In this document: one piece after another, positions 29,188 to 38,802 of the stretch
Layout of the letters: each line of letters starts with the position of its first letter
How positions within the stretch are numbered: position 1 is the first letter of the stretch
DNA from: Roseateles sp.
GTDB lineage: Bacteria; Pseudomonadota; Gammaproteobacteria; Burkholderiales; Burkholderiaceae_C
Direction of reading: 5' to 3'
NCBI GenBank assembly: GCA_036401055.1
Contig: DASWWC010000109.1
Location: 1,563 to 65,562 of the forward strand
DNA length: 64,000 nt
Program-made: the position numbers and the translations under genes
The notes under the pieces: generated by a model
Databases searched by the model: none
The model's input: the letters and a program-made list of their open reading frames with translations, nothing else
Told to the model about the DNA's origin: nothing

Positions 29188-30714
29188 ATGTCCGACCCGT
29201 CTCTTCGCAAGATCGTCATCGTTGGCGGTGGCACCGCCGGCTGGATGGCGGCCGCCCCGCTGGCGCAGCTGTTCGCCCGCGCCGGCGAGGCGCGCCCGGA
29301 GCTGGTGCTGGTGGAGTCGCCCGACATCGGCACCATCGGCGTGGGCGAGGCCACGCTGCCGCCCATCCGCGCCTACAACCGCGCGCTGGGTCTGGACGGC
29401 GCCGACTTCGTCAGGAGGACGCAGGGCAGCTTCAAGCTGGGCATCGAGTTCCGCGACTGGGGCCGCGTGGGGCACCGCTTCTTCCACGGCTTCGGCGACT
29501 TCGGCCCGCCCATCGAGAACCGCTCGCCCTGGCAGCACTGGCTGAGGCTCGCCCGCGTGGTGCAGGACATGCCGCACTACGAGGATTGGTCGACGTCCAC
29601 GGTGATGTCGCGGCGCAACCGCTTCACGCCGCCGGAGGGCGACACGCCGTCCGCTGCCAACGCGTTCTCGTTCGCGTATCACTTCGACGCCGGCCTGTAC
29701 GCGGCCTACCTGCGCGACTACGCCGTGCAGCGTGGCACGCAGCGCATTGAGGGCTTGATCGTCGATGTGGAGCTGCGGCCCGAGGACGGCTTCGTCGCGG
29801 CGGTGAAGCTGGCCGACGGCCGCCGCATCGAGGGCGATCTGTTCGTCGACTGCTCGGGCTTTCGCGCACTGCTCATCGGCGGCGCGATGCAGTCGCCCTT
29901 CGAGGACTGGAGCGCGCTGCTGCCCTGCAACAGCGCGCTGGCCGTGCCCAGTGAGCGCGTCGCACCGCTGACGCCGTACACGACGTCCACCGCCAAGGCG
30001 GCCGGCTGGCAGTGGCGCATCCCGCTGCAGCACCGCACGGGCAACGGCCACGTCTACTGCAGCAGCTTCATCAGCGACGACGAGGCCGCGAGCACGCTGC
30101 TGGCGGGCCTGGACAGCAAGGCGCTGGACACGCCGCGCCAGTTGCGCTTCACCACCGGCCGGCGCCGGCAGGGGTGGGTGAAAAACGTCGTCGCGATCGG
30201 CCTGTCCGGCGGCTTCCTGGAGCCGCTCGAATCGACCAGCATCCAGCTCATCATGGACGGCGTCGGGCGGTTGATCCAGTTCCTGCCGGACCGGCGCTGC
30301 CAGCCGCACCTGGCGGCCGAGTTCAACCGGCTGATGGGCCAGCAGTACGAGTCCACGCGCGACTTCATCGCGCTGCACTACAAGCTGACCGAGCGGCGCG
30401 ACAGCGAGCTGTGGCGCTACTGCGCGGCCATGCCCATCCCCGACAACCTGGCCCACCAGATCGAGCTGTTCCGCACGACGGGCCGCGTCGCCATCTTCGA
30501 CCGGGACAGCTTTGCCGAGCCGTCCTGGGTGTCCCTCTTCCTGGGCCTGGGGCTCAAGCCCGAGGCCTACGACCCCTTCGTCGATCTCGTCGACGAAGCC
30601 GCCCTGGTGCAGCACTTCGCACGGCTGCGCCAGGCCATCGCCCAGACCGTGGCGGGCATGCCCGACCACGCCGACTACATCTCACGTCACGTGAAGGCGC
30701 CTGCACCAGCCTGA
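29188..30714 (+). CDS. Flavin-dependent (tryptophan-halogenase family) halogenase
   Basis: IVIVGGGTAGW, IGVGEAT, SFKLGI (catalytic Lys position), GWQWRIP (WxWxIP), FLEPLESTSI. Confidence 0.92.
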   Translation: MSDPSLRKIVIVGGGTAGWMAAAPLAQLFARAGEARPELVLVESPDIGTIGVGEATLPPIRAYNRALGLDGADFVRRTQGSFKLGIEFRDWGRVGHRFFHGFGDFGPPIENRSPWQHWLRLARVVQDMPHYEDWSTSTVMSRRNRFTPPEGDTPSAANAFSFAYHFDAGLYAAYLRDYAVQRGTQRIEGLIVDVELRPEDGFVAAVKLADGRRIEGDLFVDCSGFRALLIGGAMQSPFEDWSALLPCNSALAVPSERVAPLTPYTTSTAKAAGWQWRIPLQHRTGNGHVYCSSFISDDEAASTLLAGLDSKALDTPRQLRFTTGRRRQGWVKNVVAIGLSGGFLEPLESTSIQLIMDGVGRLIQFLPDRRCQPHLAAEFNRLMGQQYESTRDFIALHYKLTERRDSELWRYCAAMPIPDNLAHQIELFRTTGRVAIFDRDSFAEPSWVSLFLGLGLKPEAYDPFVDLVDEAALVQHFARLRQAIAQTVAGMPDHADYISRHVKAPAPA

Positions 30715-30795
30715 GGAGAAGGCAAGCACACCACAACAAGCAAGACGGGGCCGGCATCCCAGCCGGCCGAACGGAGACAACCAGGAAACCACCCC

Positions 30796-33066
30796 ATGAA
30801 GTTCACTGACGGACAGTGGATGCTTCAGCCGGGCGTCGCCGCGCACTACGCGGCCGAGGCCTATGCCGTTGAAGTCCACGCAGACCGCCTGGTCGTGCTT
30901 GCCACGACCCGCCCCATCAAGCACCGCGGCGACACGCTGCAAGGCCCTACGCTGACCGTGACGCTGACCTCGCCCGCGAGCGGCGTCGTGCGCGTCAGCG
31001 TGGAGCACTACAGCGCGTCGCAAGCGCCGCGCCTGCACGTGCCCATGCCGGGCGCCGACCATCCGGCCGTGCAGACGGCCCAGACCGACACGCACGCCAC
31101 GCTGACCTCCGGCCCCCTCACGGTCGAGGTGAAGAAGGGCGAGGGCTGGAGCCTGGTGTTCCGCGAGGGCGGCCGCGTGCTGACCAAGAGCGACTGGCGC
31201 AGCCTGGGCTACATCCAATGGGGCGCCAAGGGCAACCATGTGCACGAGCAGCTGACGCTGGCCGTCGGCGAGAACGTCTACGGCCTGGGCGAGCGCTTCA
31301 CGCCGTGGGTCAAGAACGGCCAGATCGTCGAGAACAGCAACCGCGACGGCGGCACGGCCTGCGAGCAGGCCTACAAGAGCGTGCCCTTCTACATGACCAG
31401 CAAGGGCTACGGCGTGCTGGTCAACGAGGCCGGACCGGTGTCCTTCGAGGTCGGCTCGGAGAAGGTCGCGCGCGTGCAGTTCAGCCGCGAGGGCGAGAGC
31501 CTGGACTACTGCATCGTTGCCGGCCCCACGCCCAAGGACGTCGTGCGCCGCCTGACAGCGTTGACAGGCCGCTCGCCGCTGCCGCCGGCCTGGAGCTTCG
31601 GCCTGTGGCTGACCACCTCGTTCACGACCCAGTACGACGAGGCCACGGCCACCCACTTCATCGACGAGATGGCGCGCCGCGAGCTGCCGCTGTCGGTGTT
31701 CCACTTCGACTGCTTCTGGATGCGAGAGTTCCAGTGGTGCGACTTCGAGTGGGACCGCCGCGGCTTCCCCGAGCCCGAGGCCATGCTGAAGCGCCTGCAC
31801 GCCAAGGGTCTGAAGATCAGTTTGTGGATCAACCCCTACGTCGCGCAGCGCTCACCGCTGTTCGCCGAAGGCGTGAAGCACGGCTACTTCATCAAGAGGA
31901 CCAACGGTCTGACCTTCCAGACCGACCAGTGGCAGCCCGGCATGGCCATCGTGGACTTCACGAACCCGGCCGCCAAGGCCTGGTACCAGGGCCACCTGCG
32001 CCGCCTGCTGGCCATGGGCGCGGACTGCTTCAAGACCGACTTCGGCGAGCGCATCCCCAGCGAGGGCGTGAGCTACTTTGACGGCTCCGATCCCGTGGAG
32101 ATGCACAACCTCTACGCGCTGCAATACAACCAGGCCGTGTTCGAGCTGCTGCAGGAGGCGCAGGGCGACGACGCCATCGTGTTCGCGCGCTCGACCTATG
32201 CGTCGGGCCAGCGCTTCCCGGTGCACTGGGGCGGCGACTGCTGGAGCAACTTCGAGTCCATGGCCGAGAGCCTGCGCGGTGGTCTGTCGCTGACGAGCTG
32301 CGGCTTTGCGTTCTGGAGCCACGACATCGGCGGCTTCGAGGGCAACCCGCCGCCGGCCGTCTACAAGCGCTGGATCCAGTTCGGCCTGATGTCCTCGCAC
32401 AGCCGCCTGCACGGCAGCAGCTTCTACCGCGTGCCCTGGCTGGTGGACGAGGAGAGCTGCGACGTGCTGCGCGTCTTCACGCGACTCAAGCACCAGCTCA
32501 TGCCCTACCTCTATGCCAAGGCCGTGGAGGCGACCGCAACGGGCGTGCCGCTGATGCGCTCCATGCTGATGGAGCATCCGCAGGACCCGGCCTGCGCGCC
32601 GCTGGACCGGCAATACCAGCTGGGTGAGTCGCTGCTGGTCGCGCCGGTGTTCACCGAGGACGGCGAGGTGGACTTCTATTTGCCTGAAGGCACGTGGACC
32701 CACCTGCTGAACGGCGAGAAGAAGCAGGGTGGCCGCTGGCACCGTGAGCGGCATGGCTTCCTGTCCATGCCGCTGTACGCGGCGCCGGGCAGCGTCATCG
32801 CCTGGGGCGCTGAGACCGAGCGGCCGGACTACGACTACGCCCGCGGCACCGTGCTGCGCGTGTTCGAACTGGCCGACGGTGCGAGCGCGGCCTTCGAGGT
32901 CGCCGCGCCCAGCGGCGGCTTCGCGGCCCGCGGTCGCGTCGAGCGGCAGGGCTCGGCCTATGTCGCCACCGTCACCGACGGCGCGCTGCGCGACTGGTGC
33001 CTGGAGGTCGACGGCCGGCGCAGCCCGGCCCAGGCCGAAGGGCCGGAGCTGCGCTGGAGCGCCTGA
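30796..33066 (+). CDS. yicI: GH31 alpha-xylosidase, cytoplasmic
   Basis: MKFTDGQW, YGLGERF, WSFGLWLTTSF, FHFDCFWM, FKTDFGERIP, HWGGDC, SHDIGGF. Confidence 0.95.
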   Translation: MKFTDGQWMLQPGVAAHYAAEAYAVEVHADRLVVLATTRPIKHRGDTLQGPTLTVTLTSPASGVVRVSVEHYSASQAPRLHVPMPGADHPAVQTAQTDTHATLTSGPLTVEVKKGEGWSLVFREGGRVLTKSDWRSLGYIQWGAKGNHVHEQLTLAVGENVYGLGERFTPWVKNGQIVENSNRDGGTACEQAYKSVPFYMTSKGYGVLVNEAGPVSFEVGSEKVARVQFSREGESLDYCIVAGPTPKDVVRRLTALTGRSPLPPAWSFGLWLTTSFTTQYDEATATHFIDEMARRELPLSVFHFDCFWMREFQWCDFEWDRRGFPEPEAMLKRLHAKGLKISLWINPYVAQRSPLFAEGVKHGYFIKRTNGLTFQTDQWQPGMAIVDFTNPAAKAWYQGHLRRLLAMGADCFKTDFGERIPSEGVSYFDGSDPVEMHNLYALQYNQAVFELLQEAQGDDAIVFARSTYASGQRFPVHWGGDCWSNFESMAESLRGGLSLTSCGFAFWSHDIGGFEGNPPPAVYKRWIQFGLMSSHSRLHGSSFYRVPWLVDEESCDVLRVFTRLKHQLMPYLYAKAVEATATGVPLMRSMLMEHPQDPACAPLDRQYQLGESLLVAPVFTEDGEVDFYLPEGTWTHLLNGEKKQGGRWHRERHGFLSMPLYAAPGSVIAWGAETERPDYDYARGTVLRVFELADGASAAFEVAAPSGGFAARGRVERQGSAYVATVTDGALRDWCLEVDGRRSPAQAEGPELRWSA

Positions 33067-33146
33067 AGCCGCCAGGCCGCCGCAGCCCTCCCCGGGAGGG
33101 CGGCGGCGGCCCCATCGACTGAGCAACGACCCCAATGTCGGGCCGT

Positions 33147-33164
33147 TGACAACGTTGTCATAAT
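33147..33164 (+). promoter_or_regulatory. Perfect LacI-type palindrome overlapping a -10-like hexamer
   Basis: TGACAACGTTGTCA (33147-33160, central CG) overlapping CATAAT (33159-33164), just upstream of the GH9 ATG. Confidence 0.75.
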
Positions 33165-33173
33165 CCCGCCGCC

Positions 33174-34925
33174 ATGAACACCACCCCCTCGCCGCGCCGT
33201 GCGGCCTCCCGTCTCTCCGTGCTGCTGTCGGCAGGCCTGCTGGCCATGGCCGCGGGCGGTGCGGCCCAGGCACAGGACGTCGCCGTCAACCAGGTCGGCT
33301 TCCTGCCCGGGGCCGCCAAATGGGCGGCGCTGCCCGGTGCGGCCGGCGACGAGTTCCGCGTCGTGCGCGCGGGCAGCAACGAGGTCGTGCTGCGTGGCCG
33401 TCTGGGCGCAACCCGTACCTGGGCGCCCGCCGGCCAGGCCGTGCGGCTGGCCGACTTCTCGGCGCTGAAGGAGCCGGGCGACTACGAGCTGCGTGCCGAC
33501 GGCGTCGCCGCGTCGCCGCGCATCCGCGTGGCCGTCGACGCCAACGCGGCACTGACGGCCGCCAGCCTCAAGGCCTTCTACTTCAACCGCGCCGGCACCG
33601 CGCTGGAGGCCCGCCACGCCGGCCCCTGGGCGCGGCCGGCCGGCCACCCCGACACCGAGGTGCGCATCCACGCCTCGGCCGCCAGCGACAAGCGGCCCGA
33701 AGGCTCGCGCATCTCGTCGCCCAAGGGCTGGTACGACGCGGGCGACTACAACAAGTACATCGTCAACTCCGGCATCACCGTCTACACGTTGCTGGCCGCC
33801 TACGAGCAGTTTCCGGCGCTGTTCAAGGCGCAGACGCTGAACATCCCCGAGAGCGGCAACGACCTGCCCGACGTGCTGGACGAGGTGCTGTGGAACCTCG
33901 AATGGATGCTGACCATGCAGGACCCCGCCGACGGCGGCGTCTATCACAAGCTCACCAACAAGGGCTTCGACGGCAACGTCATGCCGCATGAGGCCAAGGG
34001 CGAGCGCTACGTCGTCGCCAAGGGCACGGCGGCCACGCTGGATTTCGCCGCCGTGATGGCCCATGCCAGCCGCGTCTTCAAGCCCTTCGAGGCGCAGCGG
34101 CCGGGGCTGTCGGCCCGCCTGCGTGACGCTGCCGTCGCCGCCTGGCGTTGGTCCCGCGCGAACCCGCAAGTCACCTACAAAAACCCGCCCGACGTGCGCA
34201 CCGGCGAATATGGCGACACCCGGCTGGACGACGAGTTCGCCTGGGCCGCCGCCGAGCTGTACCTGACCACCGGCGAGATGGCCTACCGCGACGCGCTGGC
34301 GCTGGACCGGCACACGGTGCGCGTGCCCGGCTGGGGCGACGTGATGGGCCTGGCGTGGGTGAGCCTGGCGCAGAACCGCGACAAGCTCACCCAGGCCGAA
34401 GCCGAGCTGGTGACCCGGCGCGTGCGCGCCTTCGGCGACGAGCTGGCGACGCTGTGGCGCGACTCCGCCTACCGGCTGACGATGGAGTCCGCCAACGACT
34501 ACGTCTGGGGCAGCAACGCTCACGCGCTGAACCAGGCGCTGATGCTGATCCAGGCCTACCGCGTCGGCAGCGACCGCGCGCAGCTGGACGCCGCGCAGTC
34601 CGTGCTGGACTACGTGCTGGGCCGCAACCCACTGGGCATCAGCTACGTGACCGGCTTTGGCCAGCGCTCGCCGCTGCACCCGCACCACCGCCCGTCCGAG
34701 GCCGACGGCGTTGAGGCGCCGGTGCCCGGCTTCATCGTCGGCGGCCCCAACCCAGGCCAGCAGGACCAGAAGAACTGCCCGGTGCGCTACCCATCCGCGC
34801 TGCCGGCGCTGTCCTATATCGACCATGGCTGCAGCTACGCTGCCAACGAGGTCGCCATCAACTGGAATGCGCCGCTGGTCTACGTGGCCGCGGCACTGCA
34901 GGCCCTCACGCCTTCCGCTCGCTGA
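33174..34925 (+). CDS. GH9 endoglucanase with N-terminal Ig-like domain, secreted
   Basis: VNQVGF, GWYDAGDYNKY, LGRNP, HPHHRPS, NEVAINWNAPL. Confidence 0.95.
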   Translation: MNTTPSPRRAASRLSVLLSAGLLAMAAGGAAQAQDVAVNQVGFLPGAAKWAALPGAAGDEFRVVRAGSNEVVLRGRLGATRTWAPAGQAVRLADFSALKEPGDYELRADGVAASPRIRVAVDANAALTAASLKAFYFNRAGTALEARHAGPWARPAGHPDTEVRIHASAASDKRPEGSRISSPKGWYDAGDYNKYIVNSGITVYTLLAAYEQFPALFKAQTLNIPESGNDLPDVLDEVLWNLEWMLTMQDPADGGVYHKLTNKGFDGNVMPHEAKGERYVVAKGTAATLDFAAVMAHASRVFKPFEAQRPGLSARLRDAAVAAWRWSRANPQVTYKNPPDVRTGEYGDTRLDDEFAWAAAELYLTTGEMAYRDALALDRHTVRVPGWGDVMGLAWVSLAQNRDKLTQAEAELVTRRVRAFGDELATLWRDSAYRLTMESANDYVWGSNAHALNQALMLIQAYRVGSDRAQLDAAQSVLDYVLGRNPLGISYVTGFGQRSPLHPHHRPSEADGVEAPVPGFIVGGPNPGQQDQKNCPVRYPSALPALSYIDHGCSYAANEVAINWNAPLVYVAAALQALTPSAR

Positions 34926-34951
34926 TCGTCATAAAACAAAACGGAGACTGC

Positions 34952-36253
34952 ATGTCCTCGACGACTCGCCACCCGCTGGTCTGGGTGCCTTCGCTGTACC
35001 TGGCCATGGGCCTGCCCAACGTGATGGTGGGCGTGGTCGCCGCCATCATCTACAAGAACCTGGGCGTGCCCAACGAGGACATCGCGCTGTACACCTCGCA
35101 GATGTACTTGCCCTGGGTGCTGAAGCCGCTGTGGGCGCCGCTGCTGGAGACCTACCGCAGCAAGCGCTTCTGGGTCATCAGCATGGAGTTCACGATGGCC
35201 GCGGCGCTGGCGCTGGTGGCGCTGGTGCTGCCGCTGGAGGGCTTCTTCAAGCTGTCGCTGGCGTTCTTCTGGCTCGTGGGCTTCGCGTCCGCCACGCAGG
35301 ACACCTGCGCCGACGGCGTCTTCATGACCACCGTCAGCAAGACCGACCAGGCGCGCTACGCCGGCCTGCAGGGCATGTGCTGGAACCTCGGCGCCGTCGT
35401 GGCCTCGGGCCTGTTCGTGTCGCTGACCGGCTACCTGCACAACCACCATGGCATGAGCTGGGTGCAGTGCTGGATGGTGGTCGTGTCGCTGGCGGCGGCG
35501 GCGATGGCCGTGTTCGGCGTCTACCACCTGCGCGTGCTGCCGCCGGGCTCGCCGTCGCACCTGCACGGCCAGGGCTTTGCGGGCGGCATGAAGTCCACCG
35601 CCGAGGCCTGGGTTACCTTCTTCCAGAAGCCGCAGATCTGGATGATGCTGGCCGTCATCTTCTTCTACCGCTTCGGCGAGGGCTTCATCGAGAAGTTCGG
35701 CCCGCTGTTCCTGCTGGATGCACGCGAGGTCGGCGGCCTGGGCCTGGACAACGAAGCGCTGGGCCACATCAACGGCACGGTCGGCACGCTGACCTTCATC
35801 GCCGGCGCCTTCCTGGGTGGCTTCCTGGTGGCGCGTCGTACCTTGCCGCGCAGCTTCTTCACGCTGGCACTGATCCTGAACGTGCCGCACCTGACCTACT
35901 TCTACCTGGCCGAGACGATGCCGACCGACACGGTCACCATCGCCGTCATCGTCGCCATTGAGAAGTTCGGCTTCGGCATGGGCTCGGTGGGCCACATGCT
36001 GTACATGATGCAGCAGATCGCCCCCGGGCCCTTCCGCATGGCCCACTACGCGATGGCCACCGGCGTCATGGCGCTGACCAAGTGGGGCACCGGCAGCGTC
36101 AGCGGCCTGCTGTGGAACTACGTGAGCCACGACTACCTGCACTTCTTTGGCTGGGTGCTGGTGTTCTCGGTGCCGCCGGTCATCCTGGCCTGGCTGGCGC
36201 CGTTCCCGCACGACAGTAAGGACGAGCCCGCAGAAGCCGTGACGGGCCACTGA
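34952..36253 (+). CDS. AmpG-like MFS transporter
   Basis: SLYLAMGLP, PWVLKPLWAP, ASATQD..ADG motifs of the AmpG family; about 12 TM segments. Confidence 0.82.
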   Translation: MSSTTRHPLVWVPSLYLAMGLPNVMVGVVAAIIYKNLGVPNEDIALYTSQMYLPWVLKPLWAPLLETYRSKRFWVISMEFTMAAALALVALVLPLEGFFKLSLAFFWLVGFASATQDTCADGVFMTTVSKTDQARYAGLQGMCWNLGAVVASGLFVSLTGYLHNHHGMSWVQCWMVVVSLAAAAMAVFGVYHLRVLPPGSPSHLHGQGFAGGMKSTAEAWVTFFQKPQIWMMLAVIFFYRFGEGFIEKFGPLFLLDAREVGGLGLDNEALGHINGTVGTLTFIAGAFLGGFLVARRTLPRSFFTLALILNVPHLTYFYLAETMPTDTVTIAVIVAIEKFGFGMGSVGHMLYMMQQIAPGPFRMAHYAMATGVMALTKWGTGSVSGLLWNYVSHDYLHFFGWVLVFSVPPVILAWLAPFPHDSKDEPAEAVTGH

Positions 36254-36280
36254 CAACACCAAAGACCGGAGACAAGCACC

Positions 36281-37501
36281 ATGAAGACGACGCTGTGGCG
36301 CCTGGGCGCCCTGATGCTGATGCCCATGCTGGCCGCGCTGCCCGCACAGGCACAGCAGCAACACGAATCGCTGAAGCTGGACGCGCCCAAGCCGGTGCTG
36401 CTGCCCACGCCGCCCATGGGCTGGAACTCCTGGAACAAGTTCAAGTGCGACGTCAGCGAGAAGCTGATCCGCGAGCAGGCCGACGCCATGGTCGCCAGCG
36501 GCATGCGCGACGCCGGCTACAAGTACATCGTCATCGACGACTGCTGGCAGAAGAGCCGCGACGCCGACGGCAACATCCAGGCCGACCCCGAGCGCTTCCC
36601 CAGCGGCATCAAGGCGCTGGCCGACTACGTGCACAGCAAGGGTCTGAAGTTCGGCCTCTACTCCGACGCCGGCGCGCTGACCTGCGGCGGCCGCCCCGGC
36701 AGCGCCGGCCACGAGTTCCAGGACGCGCGCCAGTACGCCAAGTGGGGCGTGGACTGGCTGAAGTACGACTGGTGCTACACCGGCCCGCGCAACGCCGAGG
36801 CCGCCTACACCATCATGGCCAAGGCGCTGCGCGAGTCGGGCCGTGACATCGTGCTGTCCATCTGCGAGTGGGGCACGCACCAGCCGCAGCGCTGGGGTCC
36901 CGACGTGGGCCACCTGTGGCGCACCACCGGCGACATCTTCGACGCCTGGGAGGGCAAGAAGGACTGGTCCATCGGCATGACCAACATCCTGGATCTGAAC
37001 GTCGACAACTGGCGCTACGCAGGCCCCAACCGCTGGCCCGACCCCGACATGCTGGAAGTCGGCAACGGCGGAATGAGCGTGACCGAGTACGAAAGCCACT
37101 TCTCGCTGTGGGCCATGCTGGCCGCGCCGCTCGTGGCCGGCAACGACATGTCCAAGATGGACGCCGACACGCGCCGCATCCTGACCAACAAGGACGTCAT
37201 TGACGTGGACCAGGACCCGCTGGGCCAGGCCGCGCGCCGCGTGCGCAAGGACGGCGACCTGGAGGTCTGGGCCCGCCCGCTGCAGGGTGGCGACACGGCG
37301 GTCGTGCTGTTCAACCGCAGCGCCAAGGCCGTCGAGATGTCCGCCGACTGGGCGCTGCTGAACCTGCCCGCTGGCGCGCGCGTGCAGACGCGCAACCTGT
37401 GGACCGGCGAGGTCAGGAAGGGCGTCAAGGACCGCGTGGCCGGCACCGTCGCCTCGCACGGCGTGCTGATGCTGCGCATCACGCCGGAGCTGGCGCGGTG
37501 A
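36281..37501 (+). CDS. GH27 alpha-galactosidase, secreted
   Basis: PTPPMGWNSWN, IDDCW, GLKFGLYS, WLKYDWC, WRTTGDI, DPDMLEVGN. Confidence 0.94.
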   Translation: MKTTLWRLGALMLMPMLAALPAQAQQQHESLKLDAPKPVLLPTPPMGWNSWNKFKCDVSEKLIREQADAMVASGMRDAGYKYIVIDDCWQKSRDADGNIQADPERFPSGIKALADYVHSKGLKFGLYSDAGALTCGGRPGSAGHEFQDARQYAKWGVDWLKYDWCYTGPRNAEAAYTIMAKALRESGRDIVLSICEWGTHQPQRWGPDVGHLWRTTGDIFDAWEGKKDWSIGMTNILDLNVDNWRYAGPNRWPDPDMLEVGNGGMSVTEYESHFSLWAMLAAPLVAGNDMSKMDADTRRILTNKDVIDVDQDPLGQAARRVRKDGDLEVWARPLQGGDTAVVLFNRSAKAVEMSADWALLNLPAGARVQTRNLWTGEVRKGVKDRVAGTVASHGVLMLRITPELAR

Positions 37502-38214
37502 AGGCGCTTGCCGTGGCGGCCCTGTGCATGGCCGGGGTTGCGCAGGCTGCCTGCGGCCTCGACGCTCTGGGCACCTCGCGCACGCTGACGCTCAAGCGCG
37601 AGGCTGCCGCCTGGGGCACGGCCCAGCATGCCGCGCTGCCCGGGCTGGCGCCCGGTGAGGTGGTGCTGACCTTCGACGACGGCCCGCGGCCCGAGTCCAC
37701 GCCTCTCGTGCTGAAGGCGCTGGCGGACCAGTGCGTGAAGGCCAGCTTCTTCATGAACGGCGAGCCGCTGCGCCAGCACGCCGCGCTGGCCCGCCAGGTG
37801 CGCGATGCCGGTCACACGGTGGGCATGCACGGGTTTAGGCACGAGCACTTCTCGCAGCTGTGGTCGGCCGCGCAGATCGCCGACCTGGACGCGATGACCG
37901 CCGCCTACCGCGAGGTGCTGGGCATCGAACCGGCGTCGTGGCGCTTCCCTTTCCTGGAAGAGACGCCCGCGATGATGGCGGCGCTGCGCGAGCGCGGCGT
38001 GACGGTCATGTCCATCGACGCCGGCGCCGAGGACTGGCTGCCCGACCAGACGCCGCAGATGCTGGCGGACAAGCTGTTAGGTCAGCTGGCCAAGAGCGGC
38101 GGCGGCATCGTGCTGCTGCACGATGCGCAGGATCAGACGGCGAGGGCGATGCCCTTTCTGCTGCAGACGCTGAAGGCGAAGGGCTATCGGGTGGTGCACC
38201 TGCGCTGGGACTGA
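37498..38214 (+). CDS. CE4 polysaccharide deacetylase, secreted
   Basis: GTG overlaps the GH27 stop; LTFDDGP, HGFRH, RFPF, DW, LLHD motifs. Confidence 0.88.
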   Translation: MKALAVAALCMAGVAQAACGLDALGTSRTLTLKREAAAWGTAQHAALPGLAPGEVVLTFDDGPRPESTPLVLKALADQCVKASFFMNGEPLRQHAALARQVRDAGHTVGMHGFRHEHFSQLWSAAQIADLDAMTAAYREVLGIEPASWRFPFLEETPAMMAALRERGVTVMSIDAGAEDWLPDQTPQMLADKLLGQLAKSGGGIVLLHDAQDQTARAMPFLLQTLKAKGYRVVHLRWD

Positions 38215-38258
38215 TTCATGTCGACCGAGCCCCCGCGCAACGTGGCGGGCTAGGGCAG

Positions 38259-38657
38259 TCAAGGCTCCTGGCTTGCGACAGGTTGACTCACCATCTGACT
38301 CACCATCGGAGCGCAGCCCTTGAACTTGATGACCCGACGTGTGACACGGCGACCTTCACCGCCCAACCCCACCGACATCGCTTCACCGTCTGTTGAGAGT
38401 CCTGCGGTCCCCTTGCCTGACGTGTCGTAGAACTCCTCAATCTCGACTTCTTCTGCGCTGTCGATCCGCCTGGAGATGGCTAGCTCCTGCTCCACCTTGG
38501 CCTGTGACATCAACGCTTTGGCCTTGATTTCAGCGCGAACGGATTCTTCCTTGAGCTTCGTAATTGGCGTTGAACTGTCGGACTCGGAGATGCCCTCGAC
38601 AACCTTCTTGATACCAGCGCCAATCAATAGCCCAACCGGGCTTACCAGACCAAGCAT
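38259..38657 (-). CDS. Hypothetical protein (132 aa) in a lower-GC islet
   Basis: SD GGAGGAGG before ATG 38657; many A/T-ending codons unlike its neighbours; amphipathic N-terminus and coiled-coil-like middle. Confidence 0.65.
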   Translation of the reverse strand: MLGLVSPVGLLIGAGIKKVVEGISESDSSTPITKLKEESVRAEIKAKALMSQAKVEQELAISRRIDSAEEVEIEEFYDTSGKGTAGLSTDGEAMSVGLGGEGRRVTRRVIKFKGCAPMVSQMVSQPVASQEP

Positions 38658-38802
38658 TGGCCTCCTCCGTACAAGGTGTTTAGGGTGTGCGGAGCCTAGT
38701 CTGCCGGGCAAGGATGTCATTGAATGTCTGTGCGCCGAACCAGAAACCTTTCACGCTTGAGAAGCGTTTGTCGATCGCCGCACCCGTTCCGCCTACTGCC
38801 CG

